DNA of 48,445 nt from a virus. Location: the IMG/VR virus record IMGVR_UViG_3300021321_000001, positions 1-48,445 of that record. One strand, 5' to 3'. The position numbers and the translations under genes were made by a program. The number at the start of each line of letters is the position of its first letter. Position 1 is the first letter of the stretch. The notes beneath the pieces are model-generated. The model searched no databases. It had not been told where the DNA came from and worked only from the letters and a program-made list of their open reading frames with translations. Positions 28,155 to 36,386 of this stretch are shown here, one piece after another.

Positions 28155-29011
28155 TCGGGCAACGGTTCGTCGAGCGCGTCGGGTGCCTGCGTCAGCCGGT
28201 AGTTCCAGCGCTTAAAGGAAAGCTCCTGGACGCCCTCGCCATATGCCGGCCAGCGGTTCGCCTTGCGGCATTCCGCATAGGTGTTGAGGGCCTTGCGCAT
28301 CATGGCGCGGCCTTCCTCGACAATTGACGGCGGCAGCTCATAGACCGCATAGGCATAGGGCGGCTTCTTCTCGAACGCGAGGAAAGCAAAGCCCTCGACC
28401 TGCTGGCCGCACGCCTGCCAGCCATCGGTATAGAAAGCCTCCTGGGCGTGATAGCCGAAGTTGACGACACTCTTTGCGAAGGCGTCGGGGTGGGCGCTGG
28501 CCGTCGATTTGATGTCGAGGATCAGCTTGAGATCCCGGCGGTAGCGGTCGGGACGGCAGCGGCACAGTTCGCCGGTCTCCGGGTCGATCCAGAAGCCGGA
28601 CGCCTCGTTGACGCCGTCGCCGCTGGTGATGATGCTGTTAATCCAGGGATCGGCGTGCACCGTATCGCGGATCGCAAGCACGCCGTCGAAGTCGCCAGAC
28701 GTGAGCAACAGCTTCTTGTCGGCCTTGCAAACCTCGGCGACGTCCTTCCACTTGTTGCCGCGCCGGTCCTCGGGACCGCGAACAACGGCCTTCTCAAAGT
28801 CGTTCGGCTGGAGGATCGCGAGATGGCACGCCTCGCCGAAGTCGAACGCATTGGTCTCGTCGCGCTCGCCGAACTTGAAGTGAGCTGGTGACTTGGTCTC
28901 GACGGTCCAGAGACCCGACTTCGAAATGCCGGGGCCGGCGTGATAGGCTTCGTTGTCGAGCTTGAGATAGACACCCGGCTTCATGCCGGGCGAGGTGGTC
29001 ATAACGTTCAT
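28151..29011 (-). CDS. PD-(D/E)xK exonuclease (RecE/exoVIII-like partner of RecT)
   Basis: Start ATG 29011 follows AGGAG. Motifs RPDRYRRD and LDIKST are typical of PDDEXK recombination exonucleases. Confidence 0.8.
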   Translation of the reverse strand: MNVMTTSPGMKPGVYLKLDNEAYHAGPGISKSGLWTVETKSPAHFKFGERDETNAFDFGEACHLAILQPNDFEKAVVRGPEDRRGNKWKDVAEVCKADKKLLLTSGDFDGVLAIRDTVHADPWINSIITSGDGVNEASGFWIDPETGELCRCRPDRYRRDLKLILDIKSTASAHPDAFAKSVVNFGYHAQEAFYTDGWQACGQQVEGFAFLAFEKKPPYAYAVYELPPSIVEEGRAMMRKALNTYAECRKANRWPAYGEGVQELSFKRWNYRLTQAPDALDEPLPE

Positions 29012-29033
29012 CGTTGCGTTCTCCTGTTGTGAT

Positions 29034-29078
29034 GTTGCGAAGTTCACAACAGTAGGCACAACAAAACACAACAGTCAA
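29034..29078 (-). promoter_or_regulatory. Leftward early promoter TTGACT-18-TACTGT with operator GTTGCGAAGTTCACAAC and extra CACAAC half-sites
   Basis: -35 at 29078-29073 and -10 at 29054-29049 on the - strand. Operator at 29034-29050. Half-sites at 29057 and 29067. Confidence 0.55.
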
Positions 29079-29106
29079 TCCAGAATTTCAGGATTCCAGG
29101 ACGCAA

Positions 29107-29137
29107 CAAAAAACCGCGCGGCTGGAGCTGCGCGGTT
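29107..29137 (-). terminator. Intrinsic terminator downstream of the repressor gene
   Basis: On the - strand: AACCGCGC-loop-GCGCGGTT followed by a run of six T. Confidence 0.6.
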
Positions 29138-29160
29138 CCTCAGATCAGGTCGGGGCGGGA

Positions 29161-29793
29161 TCAGGGGATGATTGCGATGACCGGTGTTGCGGTTTCCAGG
29201 GCGAATTCGCGCGGCTTCCCATCGACACACACAACGCGGGCCTCGCCCGTCTTCCTGGCGCGGTCGATCTTGGCAATGACTTGCTCGCCCTTCTGCGACC
29301 GGCAGATGGAAAGGACGCCGATCGCCGCGCGCTCCACGCCCTCGGTGTGGCCGAACAACACAACCGCATCGTCGAGGAAGGCGAGGGGACCTTGCAGCGC
29401 TCGAACTTGAGCGGCGAGGATGCGACCGTTCTCCGGGTTGCTGAGTGTGACGGCGGCCTGCGCCCGATCCAAGATGGCTTGTGGTAGGGGCCTCGGTTCC
29501 GATAGGCGTTCGAGCTGGCCCTTTTCGTTGATGGCGGCGGCTAGCATGACCTGGGTGGGCTGGCCGTCCAGGTCTACCGCTACTCCGGCGTGTCTTAGAA
29601 CCTCCGATACCGGAGCGCCGAGAAAATGTGCTATTGCGCTGGCTTCATTCATTTTCATCTTCCGACTTCCAGAGAACATCCGGGAGACGGCAGAGACATC
29701 GACGTCCAAGTGCTTTGCCAGCCCGCGCATGCTCTTGTTTGTTTCTTCGAGCTTCTTAGTAAACCACGCGCCATCAATCTCTCGTTGGGACAT
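29161..29793 (-). CDS. CI-like repressor (N-terminal XRE-type HTH)
   Basis: Start ATG 29793. HTH is SMRGLAKHLDVDVSAVSRMFSG. Divergent from a cro-like gene and followed by its own terminator. Confidence 0.75.
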   Translation of the reverse strand: MSQREIDGAWFTKKLEETNKSMRGLAKHLDVDVSAVSRMFSGSRKMKMNEASAIAHFLGAPVSEVLRHAGVAVDLDGQPTQVMLAAAINEKGQLERLSEPRPLPQAILDRAQAAVTLSNPENGRILAAQVRALQGPLAFLDDAVVLFGHTEGVERAAIGVLSICRSQKGEQVIAKIDRARKTGEARVVCVDGKPREFALETATPVIAIIP

Positions 29794-29823
29794 ATTGGCA
29801 ATTCTCCTTACGCGATACTTACA

Positions 29824-29868
29824 CCTGTTATCCCTGTTATCCCCCGGTTGTTGCACGTTTCGCAACAA
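29824..29868. promoter_or_regulatory. Immunity-region repeats: tandem CCTGTTATC x2 and inverted repeat TTGTTGC-N7-GCAACAA
   Basis: Tandem 9-mer at 29824-29832 and 29833-29841. Inverted-repeat arms at 29848-54 and 29862-68. Confidence 0.4.
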
Positions 29869-29956
29869 GCCGTCAATTCGCGGCTCCGTAGAAATACGGC
29901 CTAAGGTTGTATGTTCCTGCGGAACAGTGTGATGTGGGGAAACATGTGACCAGCTA

Positions 29957-29985
29957 TTGACGTTGCGCAAATCACAACGTATGTT
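29957..29985 (+). promoter_or_regulatory. Rightward early promoter TTGACG-17-TATGTT with operator GTTGCGCAAATCACAAC in the spacer
   Basis: Hexamers read directly. Operator at 29962-29978. Located 33 nt upstream of GTG 30018. Confidence 0.6.
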
Positions 29986-30017
29986 GCGATATCAGCATCA
30001 TACGGGGCGCTTTTAAC

Positions 30018-30242
30018 GTGAAGCCAGCCAGTCCGGCCACGCCGTGGCAACGGGTCTACGCAAAATTTGGAATGTCCCAATCCGAGTTCGCTGTTGCGCT
30101 CGGCCGTCATCGGTCGAAGGTCAGCCGCGCGCTCAGTGATGCCAAGGGACTGATCAGCGGGCGCGATCAAGAGTTGATCCTTGCTGCGGCGCGGGATCGC
30201 AACATCAGGATCGACGCTGCCGACATGATGCCGGTGCGCTGA
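30018..30242 (+). CDS. Cro-like HTH regulator
   Basis: GTG start. HTH is SQSEFAVALGRHRSKVSRAL. First gene of the rightward operon, divergent from the repressor. Confidence 0.6.
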   Translation: MKPASPATPWQRVYAKFGMSQSEFAVALGRHRSKVSRALSDAKGLISGRDQELILAAARDRNIRIDAADMMPVR

Positions 30243-30448
30243 TGAGCGCGCCGATGTCGTTCTATGAGCAAGCCGATTTCATCGACCATCTTGCCGATCG
30301 CACGACGACGCGAACCGGCGCGGCGGCGGCGGAAACGATGATGCTCGTGACGGCCGACGACGTCGAGGCGTTGCGCACGCTAGCGAACCGACTGCGTCGG
30401 ATGGCTCCACATGAAAACTCAATCCGGAAAGTGGTGGTCGGACGATGA
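30242..30448 (+). CDS. Hypothetical protein (68 aa)
   Basis: Track ORF coupled to both neighbours. Confidence 0.5.
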   Translation: MSAPMSFYEQADFIDHLADRTTTRTGAAAAETMMLVTADDVEALRTLANRLRRMAPHENSIRKVVVGR

Positions 30449-30699
30449 CACGCGCCGCGCGTCGAGGCTGGTCTGACGATGACCTTGCGCTGCTGCGCCG
30501 GCTTTGGCTTTCGCTCGGCCTCTACAACTCCGAGATCGTGCGGCACCTCGGCCGCACGCGCGGGGCCGTCGAGCGCGTCGCGCGCAAGCGTCTCGGCCTG
30601 CCGCCGCGCTCGACGACCAGGATGAAGGTGCTCCGGGGTGAATGGGTTGTGACCCCTGATTGGATCATCCTTCGTAGCGATGGGCAGCGTATCGCATGA
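30445..30699 (+). CDS. GcrA-like N-terminal-domain DNA-binding protein
   Basis: The WSDDDLALLRRLWLSLGLYNSEIVRHLGRTRGAVERVARKRLGL pattern parallels the GcrA N-terminus (W-[ST]-D-E..LL..LW..GLS..IA..LG.TRNAV.GK..RLGL). Confidence 0.55.
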   Translation: MTRAARRGWSDDDLALLRRLWLSLGLYNSEIVRHLGRTRGAVERVARKRLGLPPRSTTRMKVLRGEWVVTPDWIILRSDGQRIA

Positions 30700-32120
30700 G
30701 CGGCCTTATCCTTCGCCCCGATCAAGAGGACGTCCGCGCCAAGTTGCGCGTGGCGCTGCGCTCGTTCCTCGCGGTCCTGGTGTTCGCGCCCACGGGGTTC
30801 GGCAAGACGGTCCTGGCCGCGAAGCTGATCGAGCTTCTGTTTGCCGCTAAGAAACGCGTGATCTTCTGTGTGCATCGCGTCGATCTGATCACGCAAACCG
30901 CCAAGACGTTCGAGCGCTGCGGCATCCCGTTTTCGTACATCGCGGCCGGCTACCACTACAACCCTCATCACCGGGTCTATATCGCCTCGATCGCGACGCT
31001 GAAGAACCGGCTCGGCAAAATCCCCGCCGACTACATCATGGTTGACGAGGCCCACCTGTCCGCCGCGAGCGGCTGGGCCAAGGTCGCCGCTCACTACAAA
31101 GAGCAGGGGACGCGCGCGATCGGCCTGACTGGATCGCCAGAGCGTTTAGACGGCAAGCCGCTGGGCGACGTGTGGGACGAAATGGTCATGGGGCCGTCCG
31201 TCCGGTGGCTGATCGAGCAAGGCCATCTGTCGCGCTATCGTGCCTTCGCCCCTGCCGGTATCGATCTCGCTGGCATCCATACCCGGAACGGTGACTATGT
31301 TGCGTCCGAGATTGATGACCTGATGTCGGGCAAGGCCGTCCTGGCTGGGGCGGTTCGGCACTGGCGCAAGTTCGCGGGTGGCAAGCGGACAATTGCATTC
31401 GCTCCTTCTGTTGCGCGGGCCGAACAGCTTGCCGCCGAGTTTCGCGCGAACGGTGTGATGGCCGTTGCGCTCGATGGGCAAACGCCGCAACAGGACAGAC
31501 GTTCCGCCTTCCTCGGCTTCGCCGACCGGCAAATCGATGTCATCGTGAATTGCCAGCTTTTCTGTGAGGGCTTCGATCTCGCCGCTCAAGTCGATCGCGA
31601 CGTGACGATTGAGGCGGTGTTGCAGTATTCGCCGACGCAATCGCTGGCGAAGCATCTGCAACAGCTCGGGCGCGGCCTGCGCAAGAAGTCAGAGCCGGCA
31701 ATCCTCCTCGATCTCGTTGGCAATCTCTCGCGCCTCGGCCTGCCCGACGACGATCGCGAATGGTCGCTGGAGGGCCGGAAGAAAAACGGCCGCGAGGTCG
31801 AGAACCTGACGTGTCCGAAGTGCTTCGCGACGCATGCGCCCGCGCCGAAGTGCACCGAATGCGGTCACGTCTATCCGGTGAAGGCGCGCGAAAGCCTCGG
31901 GCTCGGCCGGGTGCTCGACGAGGTCGAGGGCGAGCTTGAGGAAATCGATGTCGCCGCGATCCGGCGCGAGCGGCTGCGCGAACAGTCGAGCGCGGGGACG
32001 CTTGACGATCTGGTCAAGCTCGCGATGGCGCGCGGGTACAAGTCGCCGGAGAAGTGGGCCGGCCATGTGTGGACGGCGAGGCAGGCTAAGGCCGCTTCGC
32101 AAAGCAGGGGGATGTCATGA
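30696..32120 (+). CDS. SF2 DEAD/DEAH-type helicase with a C-terminal Zn ribbon
   Basis: Walker A APTGFGKT, Walker B VDEAH, and CPKC...CTEC. Confidence 0.85.
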   Translation: MSGLILRPDQEDVRAKLRVALRSFLAVLVFAPTGFGKTVLAAKLIELLFAAKKRVIFCVHRVDLITQTAKTFERCGIPFSYIAAGYHYNPHHRVYIASIATLKNRLGKIPADYIMVDEAHLSAASGWAKVAAHYKEQGTRAIGLTGSPERLDGKPLGDVWDEMVMGPSVRWLIEQGHLSRYRAFAPAGIDLAGIHTRNGDYVASEIDDLMSGKAVLAGAVRHWRKFAGGKRTIAFAPSVARAEQLAAEFRANGVMAVALDGQTPQQDRRSAFLGFADRQIDVIVNCQLFCEGFDLAAQVDRDVTIEAVLQYSPTQSLAKHLQQLGRGLRKKSEPAILLDLVGNLSRLGLPDDDREWSLEGRKKNGREVENLTCPKCFATHAPAPKCTECGHVYPVKARESLGLGRVLDEVEGELEEIDVAAIRRERLREQSSAGTLDDLVKLAMARGYKSPEKWAGHVWTARQAKAASQSRGMS

Positions 32121-32452
32121 TGAGCTTGGCTAGTCCGATCGCGTGCCCGTGTTGCAAACAGTCCGTCCGCGTTCCGTCGTTGGATATCGTGATCGACCAT
32201 TACAAGGTCACGCCGCTGGAGGCGCGCATTCTCGGCGCGATCTGGAAGGGCAAGGGGCATCCGGTCCAGACGGAACGGATCTTCGATGCGATGTATGCCG
32301 ATGACCCCGATGGTGGGCCGTCGCCGACGCGCATGTATGCGGCATTCAAGGTCGCGCTGTGCCACCTGCGCGCGCGCCTGGAGGGCTCCGGCGTCTCGAT
32401 CGAGAACGTCGGTTATCGCCGGGGATACCGGCTTGTCATGGGAGCAGAATGA
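32117..32452 (+). CDS. OmpR/PhoB-type winged-helix DNA-binding protein with an N-terminal CxxC
   Basis: VTPLEARILGAIW...ALCHLRARL...VGYRRGYRL resembles the trans_reg_C signature. Confidence 0.6.
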   Translation: MMSLASPIACPCCKQSVRVPSLDIVIDHYKVTPLEARILGAIWKGKGHPVQTERIFDAMYADDPDGGPSPTRMYAAFKVALCHLRARLEGSGVSIENVGYRRGYRLVMGAE

Positions 32453-32453
32453 A

Positions 32454-32972
32454 ATGGCGGGGCACCTTAACCAAGTGCAGTTGATTGGAAACGTCGGCGG
32501 CGATCCTGAAATCAAGACGTTGCAGAACGGTAGCGTCGTCGCGAACTTCTCGATCGCGACGTCCGAAAGTTGGAAAGACAAGAGCACGGGCGAGAAGAAA
32601 GAGCGCACCGAGTGGCACCGCATTGTCGTTTGGAACGAGGGCCTGTGCAGCGTCATCGAGCAATACGTTCGCAAGGGCAGCAAGGTCTTTGTCCAGGGCG
32701 AGTTGCAGACGCGCGATTGGGAAAAGGATGGTCAGAAGCATTATTCGACTGAGGTCGTTCTGACTGGCTTCAAAGCGAACTTGATCCTGCTCGGCGATGG
32801 CGGCGGCCGGAAGGCGAGCGATCCGAACGGCAACGCGCAACGGCCGGGCAACACCAGCGGCAACGGCTACGCCGACGCGACGGGCAGGGCTCCGCGCGAA
32901 GGTGCCGCGCCGCGCCGCGATCCGATCTCGTCCGGCCGGTCGCTGCACCAAGACGACGATATTCCATTCTGA
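32454..32972 (+). CDS. ssb: Single-stranded DNA-binding protein
   Basis: OB-fold core (NQVQLIGNVGGDPE...TEWHRIVVW), Gly-rich linker and an acidic tip DDDIPF. Confidence 0.9.
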   Translation: MAGHLNQVQLIGNVGGDPEIKTLQNGSVVANFSIATSESWKDKSTGEKKERTEWHRIVVWNEGLCSVIEQYVRKGSKVFVQGELQTRDWEKDGQKHYSTEVVLTGFKANLILLGDGGGRKASDPNGNAQRPGNTSGNGYADATGRAPREGAAPRRDPISSGRSLHQDDDIPF

Positions 32973-32981
32973 GGCCGCGCC

Positions 32982-33089
32982 ATGAAGGTGTTTGTTCTCG
33001 CTACCCTCGTCGCCTGTTGGGGCCTCATCGCGTACATCGCATGGGTCGCTTGGAAGATATCGGCCTATGCCGGCGTGAACGGGTTCTGA
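32982..33089 (+). CDS. 35-aa hydrophobic peptide (MKVFVLATLVACWGLIAYIAWVAWKISAYAGVNGF)
   Basis: Translated by hand. It exactly fills the ssb to VRR-NUC gap. Confidence 0.35.
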   Translation: MKVFVLATLVACWGLIAYIAWVAWKISAYAGVNGF

Positions 33090-33091
33090 TC

Positions 33092-33493
33092 ATGGGCGAG
33101 GCCGATCTTATGCGGATGCTGCAACGGTTCGCGTCCCAGCTCGGGGCGCGGCTGTTTCGGCAGAACGTCGGGCAGGCGTGGGTTGGAAAGCCTGAGCGCG
33201 GCAACGGTCGCATGGTCCGCCTGGGCGCGGGCGATGTGCTGTTGCGGAATGCTCGTCCGTTCCATGCCGGTGTTGCGGGAATGTCGGACCTGGGCGGCTG
33301 GGTTCCCGTCCAGGTGACGGCCGACATGATCGGGTCAACCGTTGCGATCTATACGCAGGTCGAGGTCAAGGACGGGACGCGGCCGACGAAAGAGCAAATC
33401 GCCTGGATCGAGGCGGTGAACAAGGCGGGCGGCCGGGCGGGCATCGCGCACAACGAAAGCGAGTTGGCGCAGATAGTTCGGGGCAACAGCTAA
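33092..33493 (+). CDS. VRR-NUC domain nuclease
   Basis: ATG 33092 is in the frame of track ORF 33017..33493. GMSDLGG...QVEVK...EQIAWIEAVNKAGG resembles the VRR-NUC signature. Confidence 0.7.
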   Translation: MGEADLMRMLQRFASQLGARLFRQNVGQAWVGKPERGNGRMVRLGAGDVLLRNARPFHAGVAGMSDLGGWVPVQVTADMIGSTVAIYTQVEVKDGTRPTKEQIAWIEAVNKAGGRAGIAHNESELAQIVRGNS

Positions 33494-33500
33494 CTTCTTC

Positions 33501-33537
33501 TTGACGTTTTCGTTGCGAGTGTTGTGATTACCGCAAC
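33501..33537 (+). promoter_or_regulatory. Candidate promoter TTGACG-18-TGATTA with operator-like GTTGTGATTACCGCAAC
   Basis: Read directly upstream of the primase ATG 33561. The -10 hexamer is weak. Confidence 0.4.
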
Positions 33538-33560
33538 ACGCAAATCACCTACGGGGCAAT

Positions 33561-35933
33561 ATGTCGTCCGATGTCGAGCGCCTGCGGCGCGACGTTTCTC
33601 TGCCCGACACGGCGGCATCCTTCGGCGTGAAGCTGGAGAAGGACGGGCGCGAGTTTCTTGGCTGCTGCCCGTTCCATGCTGAGGACACGCCGTCGTTCAC
33701 GATCTTCGTCGGGAAAGACAAGGTCGAACGCTTCCATTGCTTCGGCTGCGGCGAGCACGGCGACGTCATGGACTTCGTCCAGAAGATCAAGGGCGTCGGC
33801 CTGCGCGAAGCGATTAGCATCCTCGGCGGCGGTGCGGCCGGGCCGAACGTCAAGCCGCGTCAGATCGAGGCGCGCGATATCTATGCAGGCATCGAGCCGA
33901 TCGATCCGCCAGAGGGCGCGGTGATCGAGGTCGGTCGGCGCGTCAAGCTCTACAATCCCAAGCGCGCGGGCGACGCAACAGAGTGGGGCGGCTTCGCGCC
34001 CTCGATGGTGTTCCCGTACCGCCGCGCCGATGGCTCGCTGTTCGGCTATGTGCTGCGCCATGAACTCGGCGACGGTGACAAGGAAACGCCGATGGTGATG
34101 GCCGTCCGCCTTCCTGGCGGGCGTGAGTGCTGGTCGCGCTTCCCGTTCCCGAAGCCTCGGCCGCTGTACGGTCTAGACGGCATTGGCGATGCCCGGCAGG
34201 TGATCGTCGTCGAGGGCGAGAAGTGCCGCGATGCGCTCGCCCGCGAGACGGGGCGGTCCGTGGTGTCCTGGGCGGGCGGAACGCAAGGCGTCAAGCATAC
34301 CGATTGGACGCCGCTCAAGGGGCGCAACGTCGTGATCTGGCCTGACGCCGACGCGCCGGGCCTCGGCACGGCGAACGAGATTGCCGCCATCCTGGTCGCG
34401 ATCGGCTGCACGGTGCGCGTGATGGACGTCATGCGCGACGACCCGCCGAAGGGCTGGGATTGCGCTGACGCGATCCGCGACGGCTGGGACAAGGCCCGGC
34501 TCGATGCCTTCATGCGCGAGACCGTGCGCGCGTGGACGCCGCCCAAACCGCCAGCGCCGGCCGTGGAGAAGCCCGCGCCCGTTGCCGGTCCAGCGCCAGC
34601 CGTCCAGGCAAAGCCCGTTGTCGAGGCTCGCACGACGCAGCAAGAGCAGGCCCAGCCGGCGACCGTCACCGATCTGCGCACGCGCCGCACCGTCGCGGCG
34701 GATGACAACTGGATGCTCGGCCTTGTCTGCAATGAGGAGGGCAAGGTTAAGCCGGGCGCAACGAAGAATTGGGCGCTGTTCCTGGAGAACCACCCGGAGA
34801 CCGCAGGCGTGTTCGCATGGGACGCGTTTAAACTTCGCGTCATGCTGATGCGCCGGCCGCCGTGGGAACGTGAGCAGTCATGGACGCCGCGCGTGGTGCA
34901 GGATCGCGACTACAGCGAGGCGGTGATGTGGCTGGAGGCGCGGCAGATGTCGCCGAAAGCCTCGAACATCGCGGCCGTGATCCAGACCATCGCGGAGCGC
35001 GCGGCGTTCGATCGGCTGCGCGAATACCTGGAAGGCGTGAAGTGGGATCGCCGGCCGCGCGTCGAGAAGTGGTTGACCTATTACATGGGCGTCGAGGACA
35101 CGCCGTATGCTCGCACGGTCGGCATGCGCTGGCTTGTGTCGGGCGTTGCGCGCGGCCTTCGGCCCGGTTGCAAGGTCGATACTATGCCGATCCTGGAGGG
35201 GCCGCAGGGTGCGCGCAAATCGACTGCGCTTCGCTTCCTGTACGGCGACGACTTCTTTACGGACGGCCTGTCGGATATCGGCAGCAAGGACGCGAAGATG
35301 GAAATGCAAGGCGTGTGGGGCCTTGAGGTCGCGGAGATGCACAAGTTCTCGGCGGCTGAGGTGAACGAGGTCAAGAAGTTCCTGACGCAACAGACGGATC
35401 GCTTTCGCCCGCCCTATGGCCGGGCGGTGATCGAGGCTCCGCGCCGCGTGGTGCTCAACGGCACGATCAACCCGGAAGGCAACGCGTACCTGCGCGATCC
35501 CACGGGCGCGCGTCGCTTCTGGCCGCTGACTGTCGGCGGCATCGACACCGACGCAATCGCGCTGGATCGCGATCAGCTTTGGGCTGAGGCCGTAGAGCTC
35601 TACCGCGCCAACACGCCATGGTGGGTCCAGGAGGAGGAGCAAGCGGCGGTCGAGGTCGAGCAGGAGAAGCGAACGGACGTTGACGTGTGGACGGACAAGA
35701 TCGCACACACCGTCAAGGGTCAGTCGTCGATCGCGCAGCTCGACATTTTGTCGGCGCTGGGGATCCCCATGAAGGATGCCGATTGGCGTCACACTGGCCG
35801 CGTCGGGCGGATCATGAAGAAGCTGGGATGGACGGTTGGCCGCGACCGGAAGAATAACGAGGATCGCGTGACGTTCTACGCGCCGGATCGCAGCGCGGGC
35901 GAGACTGAGCAACAGCCGCCCTTAAATTGGTAA
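33561..35933 (+). CDS. Bifunctional DnaG-type primase (CHC2 Zn finger, Toprim) / VirE-type P-loop helicase
   Basis: CCPFHAEDTPSF...FHCFGCGEHGD, Toprim-like VIVVEGEKC, and P-loop EGPQGARKST. Confidence 0.85.
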   Translation: MSSDVERLRRDVSLPDTAASFGVKLEKDGREFLGCCPFHAEDTPSFTIFVGKDKVERFHCFGCGEHGDVMDFVQKIKGVGLREAISILGGGAAGPNVKPRQIEARDIYAGIEPIDPPEGAVIEVGRRVKLYNPKRAGDATEWGGFAPSMVFPYRRADGSLFGYVLRHELGDGDKETPMVMAVRLPGGRECWSRFPFPKPRPLYGLDGIGDARQVIVVEGEKCRDALARETGRSVVSWAGGTQGVKHTDWTPLKGRNVVIWPDADAPGLGTANEIAAILVAIGCTVRVMDVMRDDPPKGWDCADAIRDGWDKARLDAFMRETVRAWTPPKPPAPAVEKPAPVAGPAPAVQAKPVVEARTTQQEQAQPATVTDLRTRRTVAADDNWMLGLVCNEEGKVKPGATKNWALFLENHPETAGVFAWDAFKLRVMLMRRPPWEREQSWTPRVVQDRDYSEAVMWLEARQMSPKASNIAAVIQTIAERAAFDRLREYLEGVKWDRRPRVEKWLTYYMGVEDTPYARTVGMRWLVSGVARGLRPGCKVDTMPILEGPQGARKSTALRFLYGDDFFTDGLSDIGSKDAKMEMQGVWGLEVAEMHKFSAAEVNEVKKFLTQQTDRFRPPYGRAVIEAPRRVVLNGTINPEGNAYLRDPTGARRFWPLTVGGIDTDAIALDRDQLWAEAVELYRANTPWWVQEEEQAAVEVEQEKRTDVDVWTDKIAHTVKGQSSIAQLDILSALGIPMKDADWRHTGRVGRIMKKLGWTVGRDRKNNEDRVTFYAPDRSAGETEQQPPLNW

Positions 35934-35973
35934 AGGCCGCTTCCCGCCGAATTACGGGCCTGCGGCCTTTGCT
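35932..35973. terminator. Bidirectional terminator-like nested hairpin between convergent genes
   Basis: AAGGCCGC (35933-40) pairs with GCGGCCTT (35962-69), with an inner CCCG/CGGG stem. T-runs occur on both strands. Confidence 0.45.
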
Positions 35974-36110
35974 CCATCCAGGTTGCCCCGATTGCGCTGG
36001 GCTGCATGAAACCCCTTCCTCGGACCAGCGCCGTTCTGCACGGACGATCGGGACCATGTTTCCCCGTCATTCTGGATGTTGACGGGAAGGAGTACCGAGA
36101 GGGGTGTTTG

Positions 36111-36344
36111 TTAGAGGTTGATGCGCGCGGGCTGGAAGATGGCGCGATTGATCGCCATGAATGCCTGTTCGAGCTGGGTCTTGCCGATCGCCAGCCAGCG
36201 GCGATCAACGCCGGGCGTTTGCTCCAGCGTGTCGATGCGGCGAAGAACTTCTTCCTCAAGCCGCTTGTTGACGTTGACGGCGGAAACCTTGGCGTCGCTC
36301 TGCGGCTGATAGCCCTCGACGGGTAGTCCTTGATGCTCGGTCAT
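36111..36344 (-). CDS. Acb2-like (Phage_gp49_66 family) small protein, candidate cyclic-oligonucleotide sponge
   Basis: 77 aa from ATG 36344 (AGAGGA 8 nt upstream). GY-x14-K near the N-terminus and DRRWLAIGKTQLEQAFMAINRAIF match my recollection of the family. Confidence 0.55.
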   Translation of the reverse strand: MTEHQGLPVEGYQPQSDAKVSAVNVNKRLEEEVLRRIDTLEQTPGVDRRWLAIGKTQLEQAFMAINRAIFQPARINL

Positions 36345-36386
36345 GGCGATGTCCTCTTGCCGGTTCGATCCCGACAAGCATCGCCT

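Noticed and set aside
29912-29926. The palindrome TGTTCC-TGC-GGAACA as a LexA (SOS) box
   Set aside because: The alphaproteobacterial LexA motif, as I recall it, is a direct repeat GTTC-N7-GTTC, and the Gram-positive type is GAAC-N4-GTTC. This inverted GTTC-N5-GAAC arrangement matches neither, so I report it only as an unassigned repeat.
36359-36386. A complete tRNA gene at the T-arm-like sequence GGTTCGATCC
   Set aside because: Only a 3'-terminal-like fragment is present. There is no matching 5' acceptor strand, D-arm or anticodon arm upstream, and the upstream DNA is the acb2-like leader. I keep it only as an attP-core hypothesis.
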